Virus record (IMG/VR): IMGVR_UViG_3300037504_001427
Location: 23,640-87,639 of that record
Reading direction: 5' to 3' (one strand)
From: a virus
Length of the DNA stretch: 64,000 nucleotides
Position numbers and translations under genes: made by a program. The notes beneath the pieces were generated by a model, which was given only the letters and a program-made list of their open reading frames with translations, was not told the origin of the DNA and did no database searches. Below are positions 42,966 to 53,001 of this stretch, in pieces; within the stretch, counting starts at the first letter, position 1; each line of letters opens with the position of its first letter.

Positions 42966-43537
42966 AGGGGGAAAGCCAATGCATTTGCTGTGCGGGAACT
43001 GAAGATGACCAGCGCGTATCCGTCGGTGGCCAGCGCCACATTCCCACGGTTGGTGGCGGTGATGTCACGGTAGCGACCATTGGCGGCGAGCAAGCGAATC
43101 GTGCCGCTGGCGCCGGCGGCTATGCCGGCCCCGAGATGGCGCCCCAAGTGGCCACGTTTGTGGGGCCATGTCGTGTCGCCGACCGGGTAGCTGTTCGCCC
43201 CGCTCGCGGAGACCTGTTCGGAGACGTAGAGCATCTCGCGTGCGTCGAGGGCGTCGCGACTCCGATCATCGGTCACGTCAAAAGCAGCTCGGGGGAAGAG
43301 CGTGCTCGCACTGCTCGTCCAGAATGTTTGTGAGTCTGCGTCGTCGGTGTAGGTACTGCGGTTGATCGTGTAGGTGGCGAGCCCTGCGCTCCAGAGCAGC
43401 AAGGCCTCGATCTGACCGGACGTGTGCTGTATGTCAGCGGCCACCAGGCTGCAGGGGCTGATGGCTGCCAGTACAGACCGCAGTCCGTTTTCTGCGGTCA
43501 CGAGGTTCTGGAACCGGAAGTAGGCGGATTGGATCAT
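42962..43537 (-). CDS. hypothetical (virion?) protein
   Basis: Coupled 191-aa ORF. Confidence 0.6.
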   Translation of the reverse strand: MIQSAYFRFQNLVTAENGLRSVLAAISPCSLVAADIQHTSGQIEALLLWSAGLATYTINRSTYTDDADSQTFWTSSASTLFPRAAFDVTDDRSRDALDAREMLYVSEQVSASGANSYPVGDTTWPHKRGHLGRHLGAGIAAGASGTIRLLAANGRYRDITATNRGNVALATDGYALVIFSSRTANALAFPL

Positions 43538-46272
43538 GGCACGTTGTCGTAGATGTCGACGGTGGTGAAAGTGCGCGCAGTCCCTTGGGTGCGTGAGCCG
43601 AAGATGTCGGAGGCGCCAGAGGCGTCTGTGGTCTCCCAGAGGAAGTCATATTCGTGTGATAGCACGTCCGATAGAAGAACCTCGCCAGCATTGACTGTGC
43701 AAGTAGGTCCGAAGCAGGTTCCATTGATGTTGGCACGCGCCCCTTGTCTATACTCACCGATCACCGACAGAGACAAGGAGGGAGATGCTTCATCCGCGGT
43801 GTCCGCCCATGTTTGGCTCTCGTTTCTGGTTTGGGTGAAGTCTGTGCCGAAGTTACACGACCGGACCAAGTCGAAGTCATTATGCTCTTCCGGACCATCG
43901 GCGGTGGTCAGGCGCAGCCCCGCCGTCAGCTCGCTGAAATCATACGAGGATGAATAGTTGTAGGAGCGCCAATCCCCGTCAGTGCAGGTGTAGCCGAGGG
44001 ACAATTCCTTGATCGTAGGAGGGAAGTTAAAGTTGGTTTGCTCTAGAATATAGTGCACCACGTCGAAGGACTCTTCGGTGAAAGAGTCCACAAGGGCTGC
44101 CGAGGCCCTGAACTGCACCGTGATACCACGCATGGCGGCGTTGAGGGCCGCAAGATCAGCATAAACTTCATCAGTGGATGCTGATCCATTGTATTGGGCA
44201 TAGGAACCATCACTCCGCGAGTATATCTGTGGACTCAAGCCGATACGCCCACCATAAACCTGCCACACACCGGACTGGCCTGCGCCAATGCTAAACGAGG
44301 TCCACGCTGAATCGGAGATGCCAGTAGTTCCGGCGACCCTATCGTGCGAACTGACATCTGTGCTTCCGGTCGAATAGATCGTGCCGTCGGGGGCTTGTAG
44401 GAGGAGCGCTACTCGCGGAGAGGCAGTGGAGCCGGAGGCCAATTTGAATTGCAGCGTCGTCCCGATGGCCGAAGGCGGGACGGTGATAGATCCGATGCCA
44501 TGCATGGTCGCATAGACTGCGCCTGTGCCGGTGTTCCACCAGCCCCACCCCAGCATGCCACCGATGTACCAATTCATCTCGGGAAAGGCCGGCTCACACG
44601 AGGGATCACAGTTCTGCGGGTACCCGGCTGGGATGTCCGATGCGTCGACACTGCTTTCGCAGACACAACTGTTGGGCACAGTCAGTACATACTGCTCGTC
44701 GGAACAGGAGGTTTGTAGTTGGTCTGAGCAGAGGTTGTTGTCGATACACTCGACTGAGGTCAGGGACCATTCGCTGCCGAATTTGGTGTAGGTACAGTCC
44801 CAGGTGACGCTCAAACAGCAGTTGGTTGCACAACTGGGCGTGCAGTCCTGCGGCTCTCCGGGCAACTCCGCATCGACGTCGTCTTCGCTTGGAGAGTCTC
44901 CGCAGGTGCACCCATCTTCTTTGGTCACAGTGAAGAGGGTGTCGGTGCAGGTCCGAACCGTGCCGGCCGAGCAGTCCGCGTTGTCGATGCAGGTCGCATC
45001 CAGGAACTGCCATGTGCTCACCCCGTTGATGTTCTCGCAGAACCAGCGGGCCTTGAGACAACAGCTTTCGCAGCATTCGGGATCCGTCTTGGGCTCACCG
45101 TTTTCGAATTTATCGGCGGGCAGCAGGGCCTTGAGGACGGCTTCATCGGTTGTGCCGCAGTCGCAGGCGTTGGTCTCGGAGAACACCACGCGGTCGATCC
45201 GCCCATCGTTGTCCTGGTCAGATTCCTCATAGACCACACCGTCCGAGCAACTCCCGTTGGCCACGCAGTCGATGGAGGTGAGTTCCCAGCGCTCCTCGAG
45301 CGCGCCTTCCTCGTTTTCCGAGCACACACAATCCCATTGGGCTTCCAGGCAGCAGTCTTCATCAGCCGGCGTCGTCGTGGTCTGGCCGGGACAGCAGAAC
45401 GGCACGCAAGGAGGCTCTGGAGGAGGGTCCACGAAGACAGGGGCCTGGCCGCAGCGGCAGGCGTTTTGCGCTTCGAAGTGGTAGTTGGTGTCGTCGCAGG
45501 TCTCCTCAAACGGCACGCACAGGGCGTTGTTGACGCACTCCACGTTGGTCAGCGACCACTGCGGTGTGGTGCCGTCAGGGCAGATGCACTCATAATCGTA
45601 GCGAAGGCAGCACGAGAAGTCCGGGGGAGGATCGAACGGCGGAGGCGTCTGGGTTCCGGTTGTGCTGAACTCCTGGCAATCCTCACACGGAAGCGGAGCG
45701 GGTGTCGTCGTGGTCGATTCGACCGAGGCGTCTTCCCCTCCGGCTCCGCCATCCGAGAAGAACCCCTGCGCTCCCGAGCCGTCATTGAGTAGCGAGGCCC
45801 AACTGCCGGCTGTCGCCGCTGTATCGCCTATGTTCGTGGCGTCAAATCGTGCGTAACGCAGGAATTGACCGTCTGTCCCCGCAGCGATGGCTTCTTGGGC
45901 AATGCCACTGAGGTGATCGAATTGCGCGAGTTGGTGTTGTCTGCTGATGTCGACGTAGAACAGCACAGAACGAGGCGTGATTATTCCGCTCCGAACGGCC
46001 GAGACCAAGCTGACGTGCGCTACGCGCAGTGCACTGTTGGCGGCCAGGAGCGCCTGGATATCAAAGCCCATGTTGGCACCGGAGAACACGGCGGCCTTGT
46101 ACTCGACTCCCTCGGTATCGCTGTAGCTGATGGCCACAGCGATGTCATTCCCGACGCTCTTCGCGGCCACTGACCGGATGGTGATACGCGGGTGCAGGGA
46201 CAACCACTGAGAGAGTCCCGAGAGCGGGATGTTCCCGCTTGGGAGAACGAAGGTTTGCAGCAACTCAGCCAT
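43534..46272 (-). CDS. 912-aa protein with four tandem Cys-rich modules
   Basis: Repeats of CCL...W.C...W.L...C..N..C...C.C. Confidence 0.8.
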   Translation of the reverse strand: MAELLQTFVLPSGNIPLSGLSQWLSLHPRITIRSVAAKSVGNDIAVAISYSDTEGVEYKAAVFSGANMGFDIQALLAANSALRVAHVSLVSAVRSGIITPRSVLFYVDISRQHQLAQFDHLSGIAQEAIAAGTDGQFLRYARFDATNIGDTAATAGSWASLLNDGSGAQGFFSDGGAGGEDASVESTTTTPAPLPCEDCQEFSTTGTQTPPPFDPPPDFSCCLRYDYECICPDGTTPQWSLTNVECVNNALCVPFEETCDDTNYHFEAQNACRCGQAPVFVDPPPEPPCVPFCCPGQTTTTPADEDCCLEAQWDCVCSENEEGALEERWELTSIDCVANGSCSDGVVYEESDQDNDGRIDRVVFSETNACDCGTTDEAVLKALLPADKFENGEPKTDPECCESCCLKARWFCENINGVSTWQFLDATCIDNADCSAGTVRTCTDTLFTVTKEDGCTCGDSPSEDDVDAELPGEPQDCTPSCATNCCLSVTWDCTYTKFGSEWSLTSVECIDNNLCSDQLQTSCSDEQYVLTVPNSCVCESSVDASDIPAGYPQNCDPSCEPAFPEMNWYIGGMLGWGWWNTGTGAVYATMHGIGSITVPPSAIGTTLQFKLASGSTASPRVALLLQAPDGTIYSTGSTDVSSHDRVAGTTGISDSAWTSFSIGAGQSGVWQVYGGRIGLSPQIYSRSDGSYAQYNGSASTDEVYADLAALNAAMRGITVQFRASAALVDSFTEESFDVVHYILEQTNFNFPPTIKELSLGYTCTDGDWRSYNYSSSYDFSELTAGLRLTTADGPEEHNDFDLVRSCNFGTDFTQTRNESQTWADTADEASPSLSLSVIGEYRQGARANINGTCFGPTCTVNAGEVLLSDVLSHEYDFLWETTDASGASDIFGSRTQGTARTFTTVDIYDNVP

Positions 46273-46311
46273 GGCTGACCACAGTATGGTGACGAGGCAA
46301 GGTATGCAAGC

Positions 46312-46851
46312 CTATGAGAGCGGCGCCCCGATCACCTCGTTGTCTGCGACCGAAGGGACAGCGATGCCTTTGGTCGTAGTGGCCCATGCTGGGACAGCCC
46401 TGACGTCGGCCTGGCCGACAGTGCTTCCGGCAGAATCGAGATAGTCGACTTCCCCGGTGCCTCCTCCGGCGATGTTCTCGTTGGTCTCTGCAACGACGAC
46501 GCAGCCGGCGGCCGGATGGTAATCGTTGATGGCTGAGGAGGCGTTGTTGTAGACGACGATCAGCGACTCGCCCGCATAGGTTGTGTGCAGTACGCGATAC
46601 GAGCTCCCGGAGAAGAAGGCGGCATAGGCCGTGGGCCCGCGCAGTATGGTCATCTGCGGAAGATCGCCAAAGATTGTGCTTCCTGCCACAGCTTCGGTGA
46701 GGACCGTGAGGCGCCACGTCCCCCCGGAGAGCTTGGCTGCACGCAGGCCGTAGAGCCTCCAGCGCGCTGTTCCGAACTGCGTGTTGAAGTCGGAGGCAAT
46801 GGCGGCGAGGCTGCCGCTGAATTCATAGACACGCACAACGCCAGCGGCCAT
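46312..46851 (-). CDS. hypothetical (virion?) protein
   Basis: ATG at 46851 with a TGATG overlap. Confidence 0.6.
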   Translation of the reverse strand: MAAGVVRVYEFSGSLAAIASDFNTQFGTARWRLYGLRAAKLSGGTWRLTVLTEAVAGSTIFGDLPQMTILRGPTAYAAFFSGSSYRVLHTTYAGESLIVVYNNASSAINDYHPAAGCVVVAETNENIAGGGTGEVDYLDSAGSTVGQADVRAVPAWATTTKGIAVPSVADNEVIGAPLS

Positions 46852-47675
46852 CAGGCTTCGCGCCCCCAGAGCGCCATGGCTCGCTCTACAGCACTCGGGA
46901 AATCTGACAAAACAGGCCACAAGGCACTGCCGGGGCCTATGCTGTACATACCCAAGCCGTGAGTGGAAAGGCTGGCGGCTACACCATCGTCATTGAATCC
47001 GTGCACGAACACATTGAGGGGGAAGGATTCTGTCCCTCCTGTTTCTGATGCGCGGAGCGTCGTTCCTTCATACAATAGCCCGGTGCCAGACGGAAACCCC
47101 GGCTGGTTCACACCAGTGATGAGGCCCGTACTGAGCGGAGAGTACGCAGGAGGGACGCCCCCTCCGACGAAGCACTGGTAGAAGGTGGTGTTTGGTGCCG
47201 TGATGCCGATATACCAGGGATTTGTGTCGGCCGCTGCGCCTATGTCCGCGGAGTCGCTGCCCGGAGCACTTGTACGGTAGACGCTGAGCGCGCGAGAGTC
47301 CGGCGGGAAGGCCTGCACCTGCACCCCTGTGTCCAGGTAGCTGCTGCCGTCACCAGTGATCCCTGTCGGCCGACTGTAATCGCCGGCCACAAAGCCATTG
47401 TTCGTGTCGACGTCGGGGCCGCCGCCACGGAATAGTGGCACGAGCGCTGCGGACAGGTCTCGCCCGGCGAATGGATTCAGGCGGACGGCGGCGTCGGTCA
47501 GGCCGGCGCCGAGAACAGCTTCGGCGAGAACGCGGACGCCCAAGAGGTCGACAGAGTCGTATGTGCCGCCGTTGGCTTCCACGCGGGCGACCCAGTTGTC
47601 GATGGCATCTTGGGTGGCGATGCGGAATGCGTTTTGTAGCCGCGGAGCTGTTCGGGCCAGGGCATTGAGTGTCAT
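46851..47675 (-). CDS. putative lectin/LamG-like virion protein
   Basis: WVARVEANGG, TNNGFVAGDY and GDGSSYLDTG pattern. Confidence 0.5.
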   Translation of the reverse strand: MTLNALARTAPRLQNAFRIATQDAIDNWVARVEANGGTYDSVDLLGVRVLAEAVLGAGLTDAAVRLNPFAGRDLSAALVPLFRGGGPDVDTNNGFVAGDYSRPTGITGDGSSYLDTGVQVQAFPPDSRALSVYRTSAPGSDSADIGAAADTNPWYIGITAPNTTFYQCFVGGGVPPAYSPLSTGLITGVNQPGFPSGTGLLYEGTTLRASETGGTESFPLNVFVHGFNDDGVAASLSTHGLGMYSIGPGSALWPVLSDFPSAVERAMALWGREA

Positions 47676-48436
47676 GAGCGCTCCAGGGTGTCCAGGAGTG
47701 CCTGCCCGGTGCGCAGCGCCCGCATCGAGGTCAGTATATCGCCGAAGGAGTCGAGGCTCAGGCCGGTATCCACCGGGCGCGGCACGCCTTGGCTGCGCCG
47801 CATCATGGAGGCCTCCCACCCGATCAGGTTGACGGTCATCTCGGCTGGCGCCAGCAGATCACTCGCGGTCTTCGCGAACACCCCGAGCGGACTTTCCGGG
47901 CCCAGTGCGCGCGCACGGACGCTGAGTTTCGAGGACTGGTCCACGATGACCACCAGAGGCAGGGGACGCACATGGCCGGACAACCCGTGCCACTCGGCTG
48001 GGTTCCCCGTGACCTGCACTTGGATGTCCTCCCACTTCGCGATGGGGGCGCCGTCCTTGAGCAACTGGATCTCGAACACTTCCCACTGCGGGTAGGAGAT
48101 CATATGGTAGGAGATCCCCGTGATCCGCAGCATGGTCGTTGCCGATGCTTCGGTCTCGAAGATCGTGTACCAGGTCTTATAGTTGGTCAGGCAGTTGACC
48201 TGCTTCTGGTCGAATGGTTTGGCGTAGTAGTTGGGCGAGACATATTGCGGCTCATGTCCATCGAGCACGAGGCGGCGGTTGGGATCGGCCCCCTGCGGGG
48301 TTTTCCGGCCCCGCTGCTCCGGCCCTTCCTTCGGTGGATCATAGATCTCGACGGCATCCGGACTGGTCTCAGTCCAGAAGCGGAAGAGTTCTCTGTCGAG
48401 ATCGGTGAAATCGGCTGGAGGCAGGGGCCGCGGCAT
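47672..48436 (-). CDS. beta-rich putative jelly-roll virion protein
   Basis: Alternating beta-strand pattern; weak similarity to 48596..49114; TATCAT 6 nt before ATG 48436. Confidence 0.5.
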   Translation of the reverse strand: MPRPLPPADFTDLDRELFRFWTETSPDAVEIYDPPKEGPEQRGRKTPQGADPNRRLVLDGHEPQYVSPNYYAKPFDQKQVNCLTNYKTWYTIFETEASATTMLRITGISYHMISYPQWEVFEIQLLKDGAPIAKWEDIQVQVTGNPAEWHGLSGHVRPLPLVVIVDQSSKLSVRARALGPESPLGVFAKTASDLLAPAEMTVNLIGWEASMMRRSQGVPRPVDTGLSLDSFGDILTSMRALRTGQALLDTLERS

Positions 48437-48595
48437 GGGAGTATGATAGGCGTCGTCTGCGGAACTCAAGACGCCTTGCCGATTTCTTTTTTGCAGAAAC
48501 AACAGAGCCGCCGCGACCCAGGCGGCAGCGCAGTGTTGCAGCGGTAGCAGCGAACCGTTGTGGAGAAGGATCTGCGTGGTCGTCTTTTTCTCATT

Positions 48596-49114
48596 TTACC
48601 CTCGACGTTGGATTTCTCGTGGCGTGAAGCCTGAGTCGTCGGCGTCCGGGTAATAGTACCCAAACAGCCCGGTGATGGCGAAGGGTTGCTGAACGCCCAG
48701 ATTGCGTACCTGGAGTTCCAGAGTGTCGACGGCTTGAAGCACTAGGAAGAGTGAGCGCCGCCGGGCGGGCCATTCGCTGACAGTCTCGCGACACAAGTCC
48801 ACGCCGTCGACGAAGTCCACACCCGCGAGCAAGGCCTGGTTCCGGAGCAATCGGAAGCGGACGCCGTTTCCGGAGAGGTCTGTCGATGTGGTAGCGATGA
48901 ACGACGTGACAGCAGCAGGGTAGCCCAGCGTTCCGCTGACGCTCAGCAGGGTTGTCCACCCAGCGAGCGCAGGAACGCGGCGTGTCGAGGTCTCGACCAG
49001 AGGGCGCGAGTAGAACGGCGGCGCGTTGAATGACGGCTGACGCACCGCAGCAGAGCCGGTACGCAGATGGAGCAGCGCCGCAGACGCGGCCATCACCGCA
49101 GGATTGTCAGGCAT
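48596..49114 (-). CDS. beta-rich putative jelly-roll virion protein
   Basis: PFYSRP...VRFRL...LELQVRN...GLFGYYYP. Confidence 0.5.
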   Translation of the reverse strand: MPDNPAVMAASAALLHLRTGSAAVRQPSFNAPPFYSRPLVETSTRRVPALAGWTTLLSVSGTLGYPAAVTSFIATTSTDLSGNGVRFRLLRNQALLAGVDFVDGVDLCRETVSEWPARRRSLFLVLQAVDTLELQVRNLGVQQPFAITGLFGYYYPDADDSGFTPREIQRRG

Positions 49115-49171
49115 GGGAGGAGTATACGAAGGGCGCTGCCGGTGTCCATCTGCAGCCGTGGCCGTTGCCGC

Positions 49172-49492
49172 TCATCGTCTGCCCTCCACTGTGCCGAACC
49201 CGTAGCCGTAGCCGTAGCCGCGGCCGTTGCCGTTGCCGTAGCCGTAGCCGTCGCCGTCGCCGTCGCCGAAGCCGTGGCCGCCGCCGTAGCCGCCGCTGTC
49301 ACCGAAGCCGTAGCCGTAGCCGTCGCCGTAGCCGTCGCCGTAGCTGTCGCTGTCACCGAAGCCGTAGCCGTAGCCGTTGCCGTCGCCATCGCCGTCACCG
49401 AGGCCGTCGCCGTAGCCGTCGCCGTTGCCGTCGCCGTAGCCGTCACCGAAGCCGAAACCGTAGCCGTCGCCGAAGCCTACTGGATATCTCAT
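49172..49492 (-). repeat. MRYPVG Gly-rich unit
   Basis: MRYPVGFGDG...GTVEGRR. Confidence 0.9.
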
Positions 49493-50044
49493 CGCGCCAT
49501 TCCTTTGTTTTCTCGGTTGAGGTTGTGCACCAGACTCACGGGCCACCGAGAAGCTTCCATGCCGCCGCCGCTTGGAGCGGCACCCATGCGTCGCCGAGTG
49601 CAGCGATGCGCTTGCCCCTATCGGCCATCCCATCCACCATTCGCAAAAGTCCGGTGTCAGTCGGATTCCAATGGTGTGCTTCGCAGTATCGCGCAGCGGC
49701 TTTGATCGCCTCGCAGCCTGCTTCTGATAGCCCTCCTGGCTGTACGGGTTCTTGTGGTCGCTGGCGTAGAGCGTCGGCATCAATTTCTTGCACCACGTCG
49801 CCAACCCGTCGCCGCTGTTCGCACTTGCTCCTTTGCGGTTGTGATTCCCGCACCGCGTCAGCGTCGGCCCGACGCGCGAGCATAAACCAACGCCGCCTTT
49901 TGTGCGGCGCTCCGACATCGCAGGCATCAAGTGTACCATCTCGGGGATCGTATCCTCTGTCTCGCAATGTTCGCCAGATTGTTGGCCTGTAGGGTTTGAT
50001 CCGTGGGGTGTTTTCGAAGAAAATCCATGCTGGTCGAAAAGCAT
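49172..50044 (-). CDS. overlapping-frame methyltransferase beta subunit fused to a Gly-rich unit
   Basis: RLTPDFCEWWMGWP (motif IX-like) and PTL repeats in an alternative frame inside the MTase gene; start uncertain. Confidence 0.55.
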   Translation of the reverse strand: MLFDQHGFSSKTPHGSNPTGQQSGEHCETEDTIPEMVHLMPAMSERRTKGGVGLCSRVGPTLTRCGNHNRKGASANSGDGLATWCKKLMPTLYASDHKNPYSQEGYQKQAARRSKPLRDTAKHTIGIRLTPDFCEWWMGWPIGASASLHSATHGCRSKRRRHGSFSVARESGAQPQPRKQRNGAMRYPVGFGDGYGFGFGDGYGDGNGDGYGDGLGDGDGDGNGYGYGFGDSDSYGDGYGDGYGYGFGDSGGYGGGHGFGDGDGDGYGYGNGNGRGYGYGYGFGTVEGRR

Positions 50045-50354
50045 CGATTGCCTGCAGACATCCTCGCCACGTTGGTCCTGTTGATTGCCCGTCCAGTCCT
50101 GCGCGCGTTCCAGCGCAGCTAATATCGCGACAAGAGAAGCCCGCTGCGACACAATCCACGTTTGTGATTCCACAAGTATGCCATGGGTATCCATCGATGT
50201 CTCCGCATATTGTTGTGAGTCCTGGCCATCCATCTGAGGCAACAGCCTGGCACCTCCATTCGTCGTTGTCGAATGCCAGAATGCTATGCCATCCGAGGAT
50301 TGCGCCGGTCCAGAGGCTGCCGCCACGACCGCAGCAAAGGTGCGCTACTCGCAT
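49536..50354 (-). CDS. C5-cytosine DNA methyltransferase, alpha-type subunit
   Basis: LCCGRGG (I), AGFSC (IV, SC instead of PC), FENT (VI), PHKRRRW (VIII), LGDAWVP (X); motif IX absent. Confidence 0.8.
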   Translation of the reverse strand: MRVAHLCCGRGGSLWTGAILGWHSILAFDNDEWRCQAVASDGWPGLTTICGDIDGYPWHTCGITNVDCVAAGFSCRDISCAGTRAGLDGQSTGPTWRGCLQAIDAFRPAWIFFENTPRIKPYRPTIWRTLRDRGYDPRDGTLDACDVGAPHKRRRWFMLARRADADAVRESQPQRSKCEQRRRVGDVVQEIDADALRQRPQEPVQPGGLSEAGCEAIKAAARYCEAHHWNPTDTGLLRMVDGMADRGKRIAALGDAWVPLQAAAAWKLLGGP

Positions 50355-50530
50355 CGCCGATCGCTCAGTGCCGCCGTTGCGCCCATCAGCAAAAACGCGA
50401 TGCTGACAAGTATAGAGCACTGTGCATAATACAGTGCATCGACATGATGTGCGTGTGCTAGGATGTTGGCGCACACAGCGGCCGTAGCCGCGCCGCAAGT
50501 GCTGATGATTATTGCCAGTGGCCTGATCAT
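50345..50530 (-). CDS. small membrane protein
   Basis: Starts at an array-tail ATGA; hydrophobic. Confidence 0.5.
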   Translation of the reverse strand: MIRPLAIIISTCGAATAAVCANILAHAHHVDALYYAQCSILVSIAFLLMGATAALSDRRCE

Positions 50531-51396
50531 CGCCGGCCCTCCGCCGTGCCATAGCCGTAGCCATAGCCGTAGCCATAGCCATTGCCGTCACCATAGCCGA
50601 AGCCGAAACTATAACCGTCGCCGTATTCGCGGCCGAAGCCGAAGCCGCGGCCGAAGACGGCGCCGTTGTCGTCGCTGTAGCCGAAGCCGTCGCCGTTGCC
50701 GAATCCGTGGCCGAAGCCGAAGCCGTAGCCGACACCGCAGCCGACTGGATATCTCACCGCCTGCCCTCCACCGTGTCGTAGCCGTAGCCGTGGCCGTAGC
50801 CGTGGCCGTAGCCTCTGCCGTAGCCGTAGCCGTAGCCGTAGTCGTAGCCGGCGCCGTCGCCATATCCGTAGCCGTTGCCGTCGCCGTAGCCGTAGCCGTC
50901 GCCGTAGCCGCCGCCGTAGCCGGAGCCGCATCCGTAGCCGTCGCCGTCGCCGTAGCCGACCGGATACCTCACCGCCTGCCCACCGTGTGGTAGCCGAAGC
51001 CGGCGCCGTCGCCGTCGCCGTCGCCGAAGCCGTCGCCGAAACCGTCGCCGAAACCGAAGCCGTAGCCTCTGCCGTAGCCGTAGCCGTCGTCACGGTCGTC
51101 ACCGTAGCCGTAGTGACCGAAGCCGTAGCCGTATCCGTAGCCGTCGCCGTCGCCGTAGCCCACTGGATATCTCACCGCCTGCCCTCCACCGTGTCGTAGC
51201 CGAAGCCGGTGCCGTCGCCGAAGCCGTCGCCGAGACCGCCGCCGAAGCCGAAGCCGTAGCCTCTGCCGTAGCCGTAGCCGTCGTCACGGTCGTCGCCGTA
51301 GCCGTAGTGACCGTAGCCTCTGCCGCATCCGTAGCCGCCGTCACGGTCGTCGCCGTAGCCGTAGCCGCATCCGTAGCCCACTGGATACCTCATCAT
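50527..51396 (-). repeat. MRYPVG array, block E
   Basis: Units 50527-50757, 50754-50972, 50969-51175, 51172-51396; three have GTG starts. Confidence 0.95.
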
Positions 51397-51403
51397 CTGT
51401 CCT

Positions 51404-52993
51404 TCACCGTGCCAAGACCGAAGCCGAAGCTGCCTGCTTTCCTAAATGTGGCGACTTGTGGAAGTGGCGATTGATGGTAACGAGCTTTGAACTCGGGTCG
51501 GCGGGGAGCGCTGGAGCCCCTGCTAATGGATACTGCTCTGCGAGTTCTTTCGACAAACGGCCGACTTTATCGATTTCAGAGAGCGCGGATTCGATTGTCT
51601 GCGCGATCCCAAGTGCGAGACGCGGAGGCACGGCGTTGGCAACTTGTGTATACTGTGGGACGAATCGACCTTCTCTTCTGTGACGGAAACCTGTGGTGCG
51701 GACCCCTCGGAATGAGAACCAATCAGGGAAGCTCTGCAAACGGGCGTACTCTCGAACCGTCAGGATGCGTGGCTCGTCATAGTGAAGCAGATCGTCTGGC
51801 AGAGAAGTTATTGTTATGTCTGGGTGACAGTCCTTGACGAGCACCCTCTGTGCGGCCTTGGCAGACTTAAACAGGGCCGGGTCTGACTTGGCGGCTGTCT
51901 CGCGCAGATGTGCAGAGTGGCAGCGTCGTTCCGGTTCGCGCTTCGCGACCCGCTGGAGGAGGCTGAAGCGGTTGGCAATCTTGCTAGTATGGACGGTTGC
52001 TTCGTGGTTGTAGTAGCCTCGGGGATCGCAATCGCGAGATTCCAGCGCAGCGTTTCGCAGGTAGTCCTCCCGCTTTGATCTCAGTTCACGGGCGAATTCG
52101 GAAAGTTCATCATAGCTCCGGCCTTGTCGATAGGCGCAGGGCTTGGTCACCGTTGCGAAAGCGGGTGGGTGCTTCTTGAGGTCACCCAACGCATCATGGG
52201 CAGAGATGTCTCCGCAAAGCGGAATCGGCGCTCCGTCTCTGCGGGTGTACGCAAAGGTAGGCAGAACCCGCTTGGCAAGCCAATCCCAACTCAATGCGGA
52301 GTCGGTGAGGTCTTCGTGGTTGACAAGGTCTTGCCTGACGGAGACCACGAGCAGCCTTCTTCTGCTTTGCGGTACCCCAAAATCATTTGCTCGCACCAGA
52401 TGGACGCGAGGAATGTAGCCGATTTGGCTCATCATTTCGACAACGGCCTCAAGCACGTTGTAGTGTCGTTCCAGCAGGCCGGGCACGTTCTCCATTACGA
52501 CCATGCGCGGCTGGAGAGACTTCGCTACTCTACAGAACTCTTTGACCAGTTGATTGCGTTCGTCGTTGACGAGCCGACCTCGCGCAGTTGAGAAGCCTTG
52601 GCAGGGAGGACCGCCAACCAGTACGTCGATCTGTTCCGGATTCTGGGTTTTCCATTCTTCGAGGCGATCATCGGAGAGGGTGCTGCGGATATCTCCACCC
52701 AACATTACGCCATCGTAGCCTTCATCCTCTCGGAGGGCCATTAGCCGGTCACGGATCTGCTGACGGTGGAGCCTCTCAGGCCCGATCCCAGATTCTTCTG
52801 GGAATGGAGAAAGGTCTCCTAGGATTTCCGAGAAGGAATCTGGCTCGAGGTTGTGGCGATAGGTCCACTCTGCGTCTACACTGAACTCATTCGCCAATAC
52901 GGTCGAGAAGCCTGCTCTCCTGAAGCCAAGCGACATACCGCCTGCTCCAGAGAATAGGTCCACCATCCTGTAGTTATGCTGATTAATCGTCAT
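51404..52993 (-). CDS. dcm: C5-cytosine DNA methyltransferase
   Basis: DLFSGAGG, GGPPCQGFS, ENVPG, PQSRRR, TVREYARLQSFPD and VANAVPP motifs. Confidence 0.95.
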   Translation of the reverse strand: MTINQHNYRMVDLFSGAGGMSLGFRRAGFSTVLANEFSVDAEWTYRHNLEPDSFSEILGDLSPFPEESGIGPERLHRQQIRDRLMALREDEGYDGVMLGGDIRSTLSDDRLEEWKTQNPEQIDVLVGGPPCQGFSTARGRLVNDERNQLVKEFCRVAKSLQPRMVVMENVPGLLERHYNVLEAVVEMMSQIGYIPRVHLVRANDFGVPQSRRRLLVVSVRQDLVNHEDLTDSALSWDWLAKRVLPTFAYTRRDGAPIPLCGDISAHDALGDLKKHPPAFATVTKPCAYRQGRSYDELSEFARELRSKREDYLRNAALESRDCDPRGYYNHEATVHTSKIANRFSLLQRVAKREPERRCHSAHLRETAAKSDPALFKSAKAAQRVLVKDCHPDITITSLPDDLLHYDEPRILTVREYARLQSFPDWFSFRGVRTTGFRHRREGRFVPQYTQVANAVPPRLALGIAQTIESALSEIDKVGRLSKELAEQYPLAGAPALPADPSSKLVTINRHFHKSPHLGKQAASASVLAR

Positions 52994-53001
52994 CGTTTCC
53001 T

